The translations under genes and the position numbers were made by a program. 64,000 nt of DNA from Lingula anatina (lineage: Eukaryota > Animalia > Brachiopoda): assembly GCA_051362555.1 (NCBI GenBank), contig CM120645.1:10912001-10976000 (forward strand). Reading direction: 5' to 3'. Of the stretch, positions 13,088 through 25,389 are shown piece after piece (position 1 is the stretch's first letter; each line of letters begins with the position of its first letter). The notes beneath the pieces are model-generated. The model worked only from the letters and a program-made list of their open reading frames with translations, was not told the DNA's origin and searched no databases.

Positions 13088-15331
13088 ACAAACCCCCCTC
13101 CTTCCCCCATAACCCCTCTCCTCCATGCAGGACAACAGAAAGGGATATTGATCTGGAGATGGTTTGTCCCAACATAGACCAAAATATACAGTATGCTTGT
13201 ATGTACGTATGGATAAATTTATCGTATATACAACAAGCCCATAGATAGCAATTTCAACAAGGCAGCAAAGCTGTCAAATGTACAGACAAAAAGAAGGAAA
13301 AAAATAAATAGGGTACAGTCAATTCTGATGCAAAAGTACATTATGTTAAACTGCAAATTCAACATCAAATTTTAATTATGCTCAACAGGTAATTCCAATG
13401 TAAGTAAAATGTGTAACAAGCATAAGGCTTCAGCCCCATAGGAGTTCAAGTTCACACTCTGAAAATGTATAACTTCCAGAAAAAGAAGTCAATTAGACTG
13501 CTTTTCCAACTCGGGCTGCATTTTAGTCCTGTATTTCTTTTTTGAAAGTTTGGCAATCATAAGTAACATGGTTTTCCCATAATGGTTTTCATGGCAGCAG
13601 CACCCAAAATTGTGAGTTCTTCTATTCTGATGCAATATTACATAATGGTTAACAGCATAATGACAATCAATTTTTAATAATAAAATAAAGGTATCATGGA
13701 TTTTCAGAAAATGTGACTAGCATGGGTCTTCAAGCCTGTGGAACTTCAAAGTCACACCTTGAAAATGCCAATATGTGAAAAATTAAACTTTCACGAAAAA
13801 AAATTGTTTAACCGGCAGAAAGAATTACCAAACAGATTGCATTGCCTACTGAAGCTGTATTTAAGTCCCATGTTTCTTTTTGTAAGTTTGAGAACAGTAA
13901 ATGACATGGTTTTCCTTAAATGGTCATCATGGGAGCAGTGCCCAAAATAGGTTTATTTTCAAATTTTGATGCAATATTACATAATGTTTAACAGCATAAT
14001 GATCATCAATTTTTAATAATATCATGTATATTCAGAAAATGTGACTAGCAAAGGTCTTCATGCCCATGGAACTTCAAAGTGACACCTTGAATATGCCAAA
14101 ATGTAAACTAGACAGCACTGTGCTGAAATGGGTTTATTTCCATTTTTAACACTTTTTTAATATAAGATGAAATAAACAGTTTACTGCCATTTTTATATGA
14201 TCAACTAAGAAAATTGATGAGATGGGACAAATATCAATAGAACTGTGTCAAATGTCCAATTTCCTCCATTCTGACATTCTGAACATAGTAAATGATTGAA
14301 TCTGACTGATATGAGTTTATTTCCATTTTTGACACTTTATTACACAATACACGATAACAAGTTTACCATCATTTCTACATAATCAACTAACAATGTTGTA
14401 AAGATGCAGGAAATGTCAAACAAACACTTTTATGTGTCTTATTAATTAAATAATAAGACTGTTAACATGCCTAAGAATTGAATTTGAGGAAATGTGAAAA
14501 AACAGCATGACTTCTAAAGCAATGGCCCGATTATACTAATTTTCAAACTCGACCTGCATTTTAGTAAGATTGACCACTCCTGTGAGTTTAATGACAATTG
14601 GTCTATCTGTTTTTCTTATATTGTGTTTACAGTGTTGCATATATGCTAAAAAGTGAAAAAACAGCATAACTACTAAAATAGTGGCCCGATCATGCCGATT
14701 TTCGAACTTGACCTGCGTTTTAGTAAGATTGATTACTCCTGTGAGTTTCATGACAACAGGCCTATCGGTTTTCCTTAAAATGTGTTAACAGGGTTGCATA
14801 TATGCTGAAAAGTGAAAAAACAGCATAACTTCTACAATAATGGCCCGATCATGCTGATTTTCGAACTTGACCTGCGTTTTATGAATATTCATCAGCTCTG
14901 TAAATATAAAGCCAAAAAGTAAAACTGCTCTCCACTTATCGTGTTAACAAGGAAAGTGCACGGCGACGGCATCGGCGACGGCATCGGCGACGACGGCGAC
15001 GACAGACACAGGTGATGGCATATATTACAGAAAATGCTAATAAAATATGTGTATATTCCAGAACATGCTCTGAGCAGGCTGAAGTGGTCCTATCCACTGC
15101 TACACAAAGAAGACCAGTACTTGAACCAGCTGGCCCAGGCAGTGGTACAGTTAAGGCTTGGGGAACCTGCAGAGGCAGAGGCCTGCCTCATGTCTATACC
15201 CAGTGTAAGTATCTAAATTCTAAATAAAAGTGATTCACTTAAATAAAATACAGTAAACAACCCATGTCCCTAGGCAGAGGGGTTTGAAAGAACCACACTT
15301 TTGACTGGAATAGGTCTACTCTGTATCAACA

Positions 15332-15387
<56 letters not shown>

Positions 15388-18300
15388 AGATCTTTTCAGC
15401 TGTCCTTATTTGCCTGCAAAATTTAACTTTGTAACATAGTATCTTACACTACAGTTTTGAAATGATTTAATTCCTTCCCCCTTCATGTTTCAGGAGGGCA
15501 TGATTCAGGCCTGCCTGAGGTACCACAACATTCTGCATGTTGATTTAACTTCCTTGTCCCATGTGGCACAAGTAGGTGAACTGGGGTGGTGGTGGTGGTG
15601 GGGGGGGGGGGGGAGTTTTTATTGCAATGAGCATACCTTAAAAGAATGTTACTTAAAATGGGAACACAATTTTATCTGCTTTGAATGAGACCCTTTCTAA
15701 TTAAAACATAAGATATATACTAAATGTGTATTTATATGAGACAGTGAGGTATTGTACTGGAATTGGTGGTTTTTCAGCTCTCCCGCCAGTCCACCCCCAA
15801 AATGTTCATTGACATCCTGGTGGCTCTGCATGATGAAGGGGTTTTTACAATGGATGTGGCTGTAAAGTTATTGCAGGTAAGTGGACACTTTGTTTTCTTT
15901 CTGTTCATTGAAATGTTTCTTGCCCACACAAAATAATCAAATGCATATATGTTTATAACTAAAAAATAGAAGGTGCAAAATTCAAATGATATGTGAATGA
16001 CACCTACTGCATTTATATCTACTAGTATATGCATACCACTATGGGATTCCCTACATTTAATTACTAGTACATAACATATCAGTTCTTTGAAAGATTGAAC
16101 TATTCAGTGAGTTTTATGGTCTTGTTGGGTGGAGGGAGTTGGAAGACAGAAGTGACTTGAAGCAAGTGGAGGGTAGGGAAAGTGTGTGTGTTTGTGTGTG
16201 TGTGTGTGTGCATGCCTGTCTGTGCATTTGTTTGGGTGTGTGTTTATCTTTGTGTATGCTAATATATGTTTTTGTGTTTGCTTGTGTGTGCCTCAGAATT
16301 GGTGAATTTTGTACAGTTGTGTAGGTCATATTAAAAAATTTGGGTAAATTATATACATAAAATACTTCAGGGTGAACTGTCCACCACAGACTTGTGGACC
16401 AATACTCACATCAGAGACTACCTGGAGATGCTGCTGAGCAGTAAGTTCTAGAAGTCTGTTGTTTCTGGAAATAACTAATCAAAAAATAACTTTTAAATAA
16501 TTTTCATTTATTTAGTTGAATTAGACCCATTTTTTTACAAAAGAACTTAAGGCTAAAAGTTGCTATAGTGTTAAATTTTAGACTTAGAATTGAAGTATAT
16601 AGGTAGATTGATTCAGTATAATTCTGTAGCAATATAATGGAGTAAAAAATGTTGTTTAATGCACATACCATTTTCTCATTCAAAACAGACCAATATTTTC
16701 ATTTAAGTTACTGCTGATAAATACTGGTTTGGACTTGGAAACAATTTAAATTTAAGCTTTTGTTTATTTTTGGAAAATTGGACATTTTGCTGGTAAAATA
16801 TAAAGGGAGAAAGGGAGTTATTTGGTGGATTGTTAACATTTTTTTTTCAGTTCATGTTTTGCATCATTTTTCAGATCCATCAAGACAGTTCATATTCAAG
16901 GAAGGCTCAGTAAGTGTGATCTGTTCATTAGATTGCTATCAATAATTGGGTGTTTAGAAATAGCAAATGAAAGTAAGAAAAACAATAAAGATCCTCACAA
17001 GTCTTTTTATTTCTTTTTGAAAATTAGAATGGAGAAATTCATTACAAGACAAAAAAAAAATTACTAGACTATATGACATTATTGAGTTAGATATCAAACA
17101 GTAAAAGAGAATAGGTACGTAATTGTCATCAGAAAAAGACTACTGCTTCAAGTAATAAGATACTGTACATGCATGTTAACTTTGTTTTTTATAATTATTA
17201 TATCATGTCTTTGGCAAAAATAGACTATTAAAAAAAATAAAAGAATTATGCCAGTCAAGTTCCGTAAAATAATATAGGTAGCTCTTGGAACATTTTGATG
17301 GTGGTGTTGACATTTGAAAATCTTTATTTTAGATTCTACTGGCTCAGATCTACTTGGATCGTCTGCGTCATTGGAGGCCAGTTCAGACTCGAACTCTGCC
17401 CACTCCTGGGCACTCTCACATTGTAAGCCAACCTCCTCTCCGAAAAGAAAATAATTTGCCTATTCCAGTCACAGTTAATAGTCTAGAGTGTTTTTATTGG
17501 ATGGAATGTGAAGGTTTTGACAAGCACAAGTCTCTGCATGGATGAAAAGATTGATAAACAGAAATTAATTAAACCAATTTTTTTTTAGTGATGAACACAG
17601 CTGTGATAGTGTGTCACAAACAATTGAGAAAACATTGTATTTAATAGAATTCCATTTTCATCAAACTATTTCTCCTATTTGCAGCCTAAAGGAAGGGGGC
17701 ATTTTGGGAAGAGGCAAGCCTGGCTGGATGAAATGACACCTTTCAAGGGTATGTAAATAATTAACCCATAAATCCAGCAAAGAATTCCATCAGATGTATT
17801 CAGCAGTCAAAGTTACAATGATAGGTTCATCCAAGAACGGCTATAAATCAGAGGTACTATTACAATTTCTTACAGGACAGTATTGCAATTTCTTACAGGA
17901 CAGTATTTTTATCATGGAGTGAGGCTATAAGTGCTAAAATGGTTGTACTTCTTTATTCCAAAGTGTTTTTCATTCTGAAGGGCTGCTATTCCATTAAAGG
18001 TTACGTAGCCATTCTGAAATTTACGACCTTTTGCTGATTATTTAAAGGAAATAACCAGAAGTTATACCATCTCTTTCTCTCTCATTCTGTTGCCAGGTAC
18101 TCAGTCCATCTTCCATCAGCCTTGCACCAAGTTACAGCTGAGTGCCGCCCAGAGTAAACTCAGGCACAGGATCGCCTCGGACCCAGTACAGATCAACAGA
18201 TCAAGGCAGGCGGCAGACTTGGTAACGCCAGAGATGAAACAGAGGTCCAGCGAGAACTTAGACGTTCACACAGTGGTGAAAGAGAAGGCGGGGAATGTTG

Positions 18301-19694
18301 AAGGGGAATGCTCCTGCTGCTGTTGTAATGAGGATTTATTAAAGTTACAGGTTAGTTTGAGCATCGAGTCATTTTAAAAGACATTGATTGTTCATTGCAG
18401 TCTTTTCCCAGTGATATAAGGGCAGTTGTGTTTTTTCTTATTGATGTAACAGTTCACTGTATTATCTCATAGATTTAAAAAATCTTTTGAATTTGAATTA
18501 GAAAGAAGAATATCCTCTCTTTGTCGATGATTACAATGTTTCGTTATTATTTTGACTCTACTGTTACACTTTTTATTCCGATTCTCCATTCATTCCAGTC
18601 TCTCCTTTGCTCAAAGTATGCCACTGTGGAGTTTGTAAAGAAAGTGATGGACTCCCTGAATACCTCATTTGAAGATTTCTTAGGCCGTGTCTCAGTGCAG
18701 CTTCTGTGTTTGACCAAGTTGGACGTGGAGGCAGCCTTGGACTCTGTGATTGAAAACCACCCTAGCTTGATCCCAGTGTTTGCAAGCAGTGTGTGTGGAA
18801 ATAGGAAAGACCAGGTAGGTTTTTGATTGTAAAAATAGAGTCGGCCGTGTGTATACATATATATACATATATAGTTTTTAATCTTTTGAAGCCCTTTTGA
18901 ATAGTGAAATTTCTTGATTTGCTCATGAAATAGAGAGGCTGTTGGTCTGCCATCTTAAAAGTTGCCTTGTAGAAATTCCATGCAGCTCCCATCAAATGTC
19001 TGGCATTGATTAATTGTGTATTTTAGTATTTGTTGAACAGCAAAATGTTTAAAATATCAAATGCTAAAACCTTTTCATGCACACTGATGTAAAAACTGCA
19101 TACCTCATGAGTCAGAGAGTCATATTGATGTATGTGGCAATGTCAGTCTCAATGGAATATTTTTTTAAATATGGAATGATTTGTGTTTCAGTGGAACTAT
19201 GTTTTGGACAGTCTAACTTCCATTTTACGACAGTCCACAGAGTCCAGCTCTAGTCACAAGTTATATACGGAGGCTTACAAAGGTGTGCAGCCTAAAGACA
19301 TTTTAAATTTATTTTTTGTAAAAAATATTAATGTACTATGATCAAGATAAATGCTTAATTGCTGAGAAATATTTGATCTCGTTTCATCTTAAATTAGAAA
19401 GAAAAGAGGGGACTAGTGACATTTGCTTTCTTGCTGTTTTTTTATTTCAAAAGCAGACCCATCTTTAAGATTTGTTTTGCGATTTTAAGTAGCTTCTAAT
19501 ACTTTTATTTTTCAGGAGTTGTTCGAAATTTAAGTGAACTTCTTGACCCTAAGACATTCCTGAACATGCTGCCTTCAGAGGGAAACCTGCAATTTTTTCT
19601 GCCTTACTTGCAACGCTGTTGCGAAATTCATCTAGCCAATCAACTGAGAGATACCATAATCTCCAAGGGAGAAACCATTAAGAAAGAAATGTGA
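1886..19694 (+). CDS. HPS3: BLOC-2 complex member HPS3 (Hermansky-Pudlak syndrome 3 homolog), 5'-partial, 17 exons in window
   Basis: Phase-consistent GT-AG exons: 1886-2005, 2913-2979, 3608-3774, 4274-4379, 4744-4830, 5381-5477, 15062-15204, 15494-15571, 15778-15876, 16371-16440, 16875-16909, 17333-17422, 17685-17748, 18097-18350, 18599-18814, 19192-19282, 19516-19694 (TGA). The peptides WSLYALE..DIYRDMV, QEAHIVLK, ESCALLGEYYA, LALPYYIMSDL, KGLIHYLNYVLFE, DLLKLQSLLCS and the C-terminal LPSEGNLQFFLPYL resemble the HPS3 middle and C-terminal domains as I recall them. Confidence 0.9.
3084..3367. mobile_element. Degenerate MITE (GGGTGC.TTC termini, PIF/Harbinger-like)
   Basis: Starts GGGTGCTTTC and ends GAACGCACCC. 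Internal inverted pair ctagggggtgatt / aatcaccccctag. A partial related copy lies near 63428-63497. Confidence 0.55.
4406..4584. mobile_element. MITE with CAGGCC..TAGCC terminal inverted repeats and a 5-bp direct flank
   Basis: Left end CAGGCCAGTAGCC, right end GGCTATGGGCCTG (11/13 match as an inverted repeat). AAGTC flanks both sides (4401-4405, 4585-4589). Internal poly-G run. Confidence 0.7.
5575..5795. mobile_element. Degenerate palindromic MITE (terminus related to the 3084 element)
   Basis: tttccatagatttttagatcgat ... atcgatctaaatctttggaaagcaccc form inverted arms. The right end reverse-complements to GGGTGCTTTC. Confidence 0.55.
6644..11705 (-). CDS. Uncharacterised putatively secreted protein (265 aa), nested antisense in an HPS3 intron
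   Basis: Five phase-consistent GT-AG exons: 11705-11504, 10917-10718, 10252-10074, 9799-9633, 6693-6644 (TAA), 798 nt with no internal stop. Hydrophobic N-terminus (LIIALLIWLKFYGVETA), then WRLVFKAVAG..HYKS..VKVVLY..FNAVGSDKMSWF..FFSIQG..RNFYINKSYNGCDDDVGWL..C.YE..PAFIY..ADVFAIF. AATAAA on the minus strand at ~6482-6487. Confidence 0.85.
7066..9240 (+). mobile_element. Helentron-associated interspersed element (HINE/DINE-1-like) with an internal satellite array
   Basis: 14-bp subterminal inverted repeat ATTGTACCACCAGC (7066-7079) / GCTGGTGGTACAAT (9192-9205). 5' palindrome GTACCACCAGCG-TTAG-CGCTGGCGGTAC followed by GTCC-type simple sequence. 3' hairpin AGAGGCG-GTAT-CGCCTCT (9210-9227), ending CTAGT. 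Inserted in a T-rich site with no clear TSD. Confidence 0.8.
8040..9047. repeat. Tandem satellite, ~145-bp monomer, ~7 copies
   Basis: The motif aaaactggcagagataggtccatagttactattgaacttgaataggaagtcatat recurs from anchor positions ~8057, 8202, 8347, 8492, 8638, 8782 and 8927. Confidence 0.95.
13410..14100. repeat. Degenerate tandem repeat, ~300-330-bp unit, ~2.2 copies
   Basis: gtgactagca..ggtcttca..ggaacttcaaagt.acaccttgaa and gatgcaatattacataat..ttaacagcataatga recur at ~13412, 13713 and 14041. Confidence 0.75.
14103..15045 (-). mobile_element. Degenerate HINE/Helitron-like element with a 159-bp tandem array
   Basis: 159-bp units (gtgaaaaaacagcat at 14494, 14653, 14812), a CGGCGA/GAC microsatellite at 14961-15005, a T-rich minus-strand 5' end near 15045 and a possible CTAGT end near 14105. 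The organisation is the same as the 7066-9240 element, but the termini are decayed. Confidence 0.5.
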
Positions 19695-20997
19695 TTAATG
19701 AATGGGCAACTTACAATGTGTTAATGCTTTCACCAAAGAAAATTTTTTAATAAAATACTGTCCATGACATTGCAAAATGTTATGGGAAATGAGGACTTAC
19801 AGTTAATGAAAATTCCCAGACGGAATGAAAATTATGGTCTTCTGTTTATAATATGATAATCAAGGATGGGATTTAAGAACAAAAGGCCCAAGTGTGCACT
19901 GGGAATCAAATTTTGATCTGTGCCATTTGTCAAGTTGTATCAACAAAGGTCCACGTTCTCAGGTCTGCAATCATAGTTGAATGAAAGTTAATTAGTTGCA
20001 TATATAGAGAGATATTCAGGTACACTTAAGTATTTTAAATACACTGAAGGTGTGGTTTATCTGTTACATGTTATGAAGGGGAGAACACAGTCATGTACGT
20101 AACTGAATAATTTTCTTAAATTTGGAAGACAAAGAAATGGTGCTCCATTTACAAGTTATTTAAATGGTCATAGGATTCTATTTGAGGTAGGCAATGGAGG
20201 CGCGTTTATTGACAAATGCATAGCTCTGTGACACAGCCACAACTGAAGTATGTCTTTATAGGTTTCAATATTTTTTTTACTCCACATCATCTTCCAACCA
20301 TTTATGATTTGGAATACATTTTTCCTATACCATGACAACTGTGGAGTAGAAACAGCAAGCATATGCTGTGTAGTGCAGTCACAGTTTGAGCTTGAAAACT
20401 TGTCATTGGGAAGAGGGATGCAGGGGTGGATCCAGATATATTTTCTTCCAAATTATCTTTGTGGATCTATCCTCCATTTTTGACCATCTTCTGATGGAAA
20501 AAATTTGATGCCCGTCAATGTAAACTAAAAAAAATCCTGACCGTCTTCCAGAAGACGGCCTCCCTCTGCCCCTGGGATGTAATCAGATACGGCAGCAGTA
20601 CTTAATGAAAATTGCTCATCTTTGCTGTAAGCATAATCTTTGTCTCAGTATTAATTTAACTGTTATAACAGGACATCATGAAAGTCTTGAAACTTGAAAA
20701 AAGACACAAATATAAAATGTTAATTTAATTAATTTGATTTAATTTGAACTCTAGTGCAATAAAGATTACTGTTGATATTATTTTAAATTATCCTTTCTCA
20801 ATTACTATTTTCAGTTTTGACATTTTGTCTGGAGTCCTAATTTATGATTCTAAAAACATTTCCTCATTTTGTACAAACAATTTTTGTTTCTAAGAGCTTT
20901 GGCTCAGAAAGCATAAATAATTATTACTATACCAGTGACAACCAAAGCTAGAGAGTTATGAAACTTTCACCCCATACACATGCTATCCAAAACAGTA

Positions 20998-21142
20998 TGA
21001 TTTATGTAGAGGATATAAATCGGTGACCTAATCCCAGGGGGTGCTTTGCCAGATTACATATTGGGATTAGGCCCAAGATTACATTTATGTAGAGGATATA
21101 AATTGCTGACCTAATCCCAGGGGGTGCTTTTCCAGATTACAT
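20998..21142. repeat. ~84-bp tandem duplication between the HPS3 and MRPL2 3' ends
   Basis: tttatgtagaggatataaat.g.tgacctaatcccagggggtgcttt.ccagattacata occurs twice. Confidence 0.8.
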
Positions 21143-21246
21143 ACAGTCATGCTCCACTTTGTCCATTTCAAAATTCTAGTAAATCCATACAGACACATGA
21201 TATAAGTTTAAATCTGATTTTTATTTCTTTTCTATATACTCTGGAC

Positions 21247-21946
21247 TCAAACATGACTATCATCTCGCCACAATCTCGTCCCTTCATTCCAGGTAAGAAC
21301 TTTGAGATTTGGGTTCATTTGATTACGCAAAAGAGGGTTTCCCGCCATTTTCTGCTGAATTTTCTTCTTCCTTACCGCCTTCCCATCGAACCCAGTCTTT
21401 TTCTTTTTCAAACCACTCTTGGGCCTAATCCCAAACCACCGGTTTACGCCGGCCTTTGTCAACTTTAGCTTGGAGTGGTCCGGGTTAGCGATCTGTCCAA
21501 CTGTGGCCATGCATCCAGGGTGCAGCATGGCCTCTTTCCCCGAGGGCATGGCCACCAAGACGGCCCCCGGCACCCTCCGGGCCACCTTGGCCTGACAGCC
21601 GGCAGACTTGGCCAAGCGGGCCCCGGTACCAGGGTACACCTCCACGGAGTTCACCAGGGTCCCCAGGGGGAGGGAGCCCACAGAGTGACAGTCCCCTTCT
21701 TTACCTGCCACTGAAAAGGAAACAAGATCAGAGGTGAGGTTTTTTCGATTATTTGCAGATTTCCAACATTTTTGAGACATTAATATCATTTTTGAGATTG
21801 ATGCATATCTGCAATTAAAACTGGAGTTGGGGGTGGGGGAGTTGGGAGGAGAGATCAGGACCCCTTGCCATATTTTCAGACTTTTTCACTAAATGGCAGT
21901 TTCATCCCTTTAAGATGGAGGACATCATTTTTGAAGAGATAAGTAT

Positions 21947-21980
<34 letters not shown>

Positions 21981-24921
21981 GGTGGGGGGGTGGGGGGGTG
22001 GGGGGGGGGCTCTTTCTATATCCAGTAGTCCACTGAACTGGGATGGCCCACTTTCAGAGACTGACAACTTTATACTAGTAGCCCAGACCAGGGGGGGGTC
22101 TCTTTCTATATCCAGTAGTCCACTGAACTGGGATGGCCAACTTTCAGAGACTGACAACTTTATACTAGTAGCCCAGACGAGTCAGCTAAATGAACCAGAT
22201 GATGCGAGAAGGGGCTGAAAATGGGTAAACCCACCAGGTAGCTGCTCATTTCTGACTTCTGCATTATAAAATTTAGCAAACCAGGAAGTGTAGTTTTTAT
22301 ACCTATTAACTGAGGTCGCTTCATTTTGTTCACTTGAATTGAAATTAATGGATGATCTTTATTTTTTCATTTAAAAACAGCAATGGAAGACCTTACTTAA
22401 TTTAATCTTCATTTGATGACAAGGGTAGGTGGATTTGGTGGTGATTTCCCCTGTTGCAAGAACAACTCGTACTCTTATCACCTGTCTGAATCTCCATTTG
22501 ATGACACTGGGCATGTAGAGAGGGAAGGGGAGGGGGTTAAGTGGTGATTTCACCCATTACACGTACAAGTGATGGCAGATACTCTCTCTCACAGTCATCA
22601 CTTGAGGAGCATGAGGAGAGGGATGGGTGGGTGGGTGGGTGGGTGGGTGGGGGGGGTAGGGGGTGATTTCACCTGATACAAGTACATACTCTCTCTCACC
22701 TGTGTAAGTCTTCATCTCATGACAAGCAGGAAAGGTGGTGATAATGTCACCAGGTTTCATATTGACCGTGGCCAGGATGTAGCGTTTCACCTCCCCTGCA
22801 GCCACCAAGGCAATTGTAGCACTGCGGTTGCAATCGCGATCCAGAGAAACGACAACTTCTTTATACGGTGTCTTTCCCTGTACGAGACGAGCTCTGTTCC
22901 AGTCAATCATGCGGTATTTTCTTCTGTTACCCCCACCCAGCCGTCTTGAGTAATGGTTTCCTGTGGAGTTATGAATTTATATATAATATCATTTATTTGT
23001 TACATAAACTACAACATGCTCTTTCTTTAATGTGAGATTTGCAAAGATTGACACTTAAATAGGGCACATTCAAGGGGACCCTTAATTTGTCTGACCACAT
23101 TAAAAAGTTTCTTCTGCGGTTTATTCTTTTTAACACAAAACATAAAATGAATGTCAAAACAAGGTCGGTGAAACTAAAGTAAGAAAAAAAGTTATAACCA
23201 ATTACACGCAGTCATCAATAAAAAATTGGTAATAAAATCTCTGACAGACTTACAACTTAAAGCAATAATAACTCTTTCTTTGAGATTCAAAATTCCGCAA
23301 GAAATACATTCTAAACAACACATGGAAATATATTATATTGCATTTCACCACTAAAACGGCTGTTATTGTAGTAAAACTAAAAACTGTGCTTGTCAATAGG
23401 GCTTTCGGTGCCTTTCTTCCCGGTCGTCAAGGCATCCGTTGCCAAGGCTGTTGGGGCATCATGCGGATTCTCGCGTGCATTCGAGACCAAAATAACATGT
23501 GGCGGGTTAAGATACAGCAGGCGCATGACGCAATCCTCAGACGTAAGTTGCGAGTTTTTGTACAGTGTGTTGGATAACAAAAAGCCCAGAACTGCACAGG
23601 TTGTAGATATACATGCATTCTGAGCAATAAGACGATTATATCGTATGAATCTTATTTTATTGTAATAAACTGTTGTTGTCTGCTTTTTCCGCGGTTTTAA
23701 GTAGGTCATCAGAAAACCCCGCTCGATATCGCGTGACTATTCAATGTCAGAGTGGGCTCCGTCAGTTAAAATCTCTTAAGAGATTTTAACAAAAAACCAA
23801 TCGTTTAGGAAAAAAAACCTGGACTAACTTTGAATGCAGGAATGGGGTCGCTGACCATTGGTAAGTACGGGAAAATTGCCGTTTACTCCAGGAAAATCCA
23901 ATTTTTGGCCAAAATGAAGAGTTATTATGACTTTAATACAACCTCTACACACAAACTTAGGCCACAAGATTACAAGTAGGTGCAAATGTCTCAACAATTT
24001 CAGAGTGCCATCAAGCAACAACCCCAGAAATGAAAATTCCCTTAAATAAAAATCCTAAAAATGCATGCGCTAAAGGCAGGCAACTCTCTGTGTGTATGTG
24101 TGTGCATGCATGCATGCGTGCATGTGTGTGTCTGTGTCAGGGAGGGGAAGCAGTGGGTACCAACACAACATCCAAATACTCTGATCAATATTTAGTGAAG
24201 GAACATCATTGCACACCTTCCTCATCCCAGCCTCCGGTGCTCACCAGGCGGAGAGGCTTGGTGGTGTACTCCTCTGGCCTCTCCGCCAGCCTGCGGCCAG
24301 AGTATCTACCAGCCAGACATGCTGACGTGTGCACGCTATGTCTGGAAATAGGAAAAAGATTTGTAAACAATGGGGTATATTTAATATTTAGACACAGGCA
24401 TTATTGTGAGGGGGGTTTTCCCTGAAATGCCATTTGTCCAGGAAATTTTTAAGTTATAAAGAAAAAACATTCTGTTAGATAAACCTGTATGATTTATATT
24501 TTGTTGAAAATTCAAGTACTTCATATATGATCAAAGAGTTTCTATACACATCTTTATACAGTTTATTAATCACTGAAATAATTTGATTCGTGCATGTGTT
24601 AGTACAAGCCTAACAAGAATTCAATGGAACATCTCACCACACAGCTATCATAATGACCACAAATGCTTTATACTACTAGTAACTATACACTCATTAGGCT
24701 TTGCAACTTCTGCGAAGTTTTTTTATATAACAGTTTGAATATCAAATAAGCAGAAAAAATTTCTAGCATAAGTTTACAATATACAAGTCCACTCACTTAT
24801 TGGAAGCCAAACCCTCAGTAAGGGGGTTTCTTCTAAAAAGGCAGGACTGCACAAGGACCTTTGTGGCTGGACTCTCTAGACAAACAACGCGCAGTGTCCG
24901 TTGGAAAACATTAAATGGCAT
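21247..24921 (-). CDS. MRPL2: Mitochondrial ribosomal protein L2 (uL2m), 324 aa
   Basis: Exons 24921-24797, 24341-24217, 22960-22700 and 21710-21247 are phase-consistent. Presequence-like N-terminus, then YTTKPLRLVSTGG, GGGNRRKYRMIDW, DCNRSATIALVA, YILATVNMKPGDII, LPLGTLVNSVEVYPGTGARLAKSAG, CMATVGQIAN and KAGVNRWFGIRPKSG (uL2 motifs). Confidence 0.93.
22003..22178. repeat. 90-bp tandem duplication in MRPL2 intron
   Basis: tccagtagtccactgaactgggatggcc...gcccagac at 22021 and 22111, near-identical. Confidence 0.9.
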
Positions 24922-25144
24922 CTTGCTTCTTTTTTCCTTTTTCAGTCCTAAGAAAATGATAGATTATGATCACCATCAATGTCAACTGCTATATGTACAA
25001 AAATTTTAACTCGAGTATCAACGTACTAGGGTTAAAGCAACCGTCGACAAATAGTGTCGTCGGCTGCAAATATTTTAATCCAATCATAAATACCCACAAC
25101 ACCATGATAACATACTCTGATGTAAGGTTTCAATAAACACTCAC

Positions 25145-25242
25145 AATGCACCATGAAACGCCTCCAAAAATCTATCTAGCATTTCTCATTCTCTCCCCAT
25201 GCCAAGCTCCTCCATTTTAACTCTGAGATCGGATTTTACGAA
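25145..25242 (-). other. Candidate MRPL2 5'-UTR exon containing upstream ATGs
   Basis: Flanked on the minus strand by a tttttcag acceptor and a GTGAGT donor. It would splice to the exon starting at 24947, 26 nt before the MRPL2 ATG. Confidence 0.5.
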
Positions 25243-25389
25243 CTGAAAAATACTCTTATAATAAAAAAAGAGAGATCCATGTACAATTTTTAATATCTTT
25301 TGCTGCAAAAAATTAATATGGGTGAAAAATGTATGATATTCAAAATGTATCTGTTTTAAATTCTATAAAGTAATAAAATAATAGTACTG

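Noticed and set aside
15335-15386. Long poly-A run as a retrocopy tail
   Set aside because: No recognisable upstream element or TSD. Long homopolymers are frequent throughout the window.
21124-21714. Plus-strand ORFs over MRPL2 exon 4
   Set aside because: Antisense to the GC-rich uL2m coding exon.
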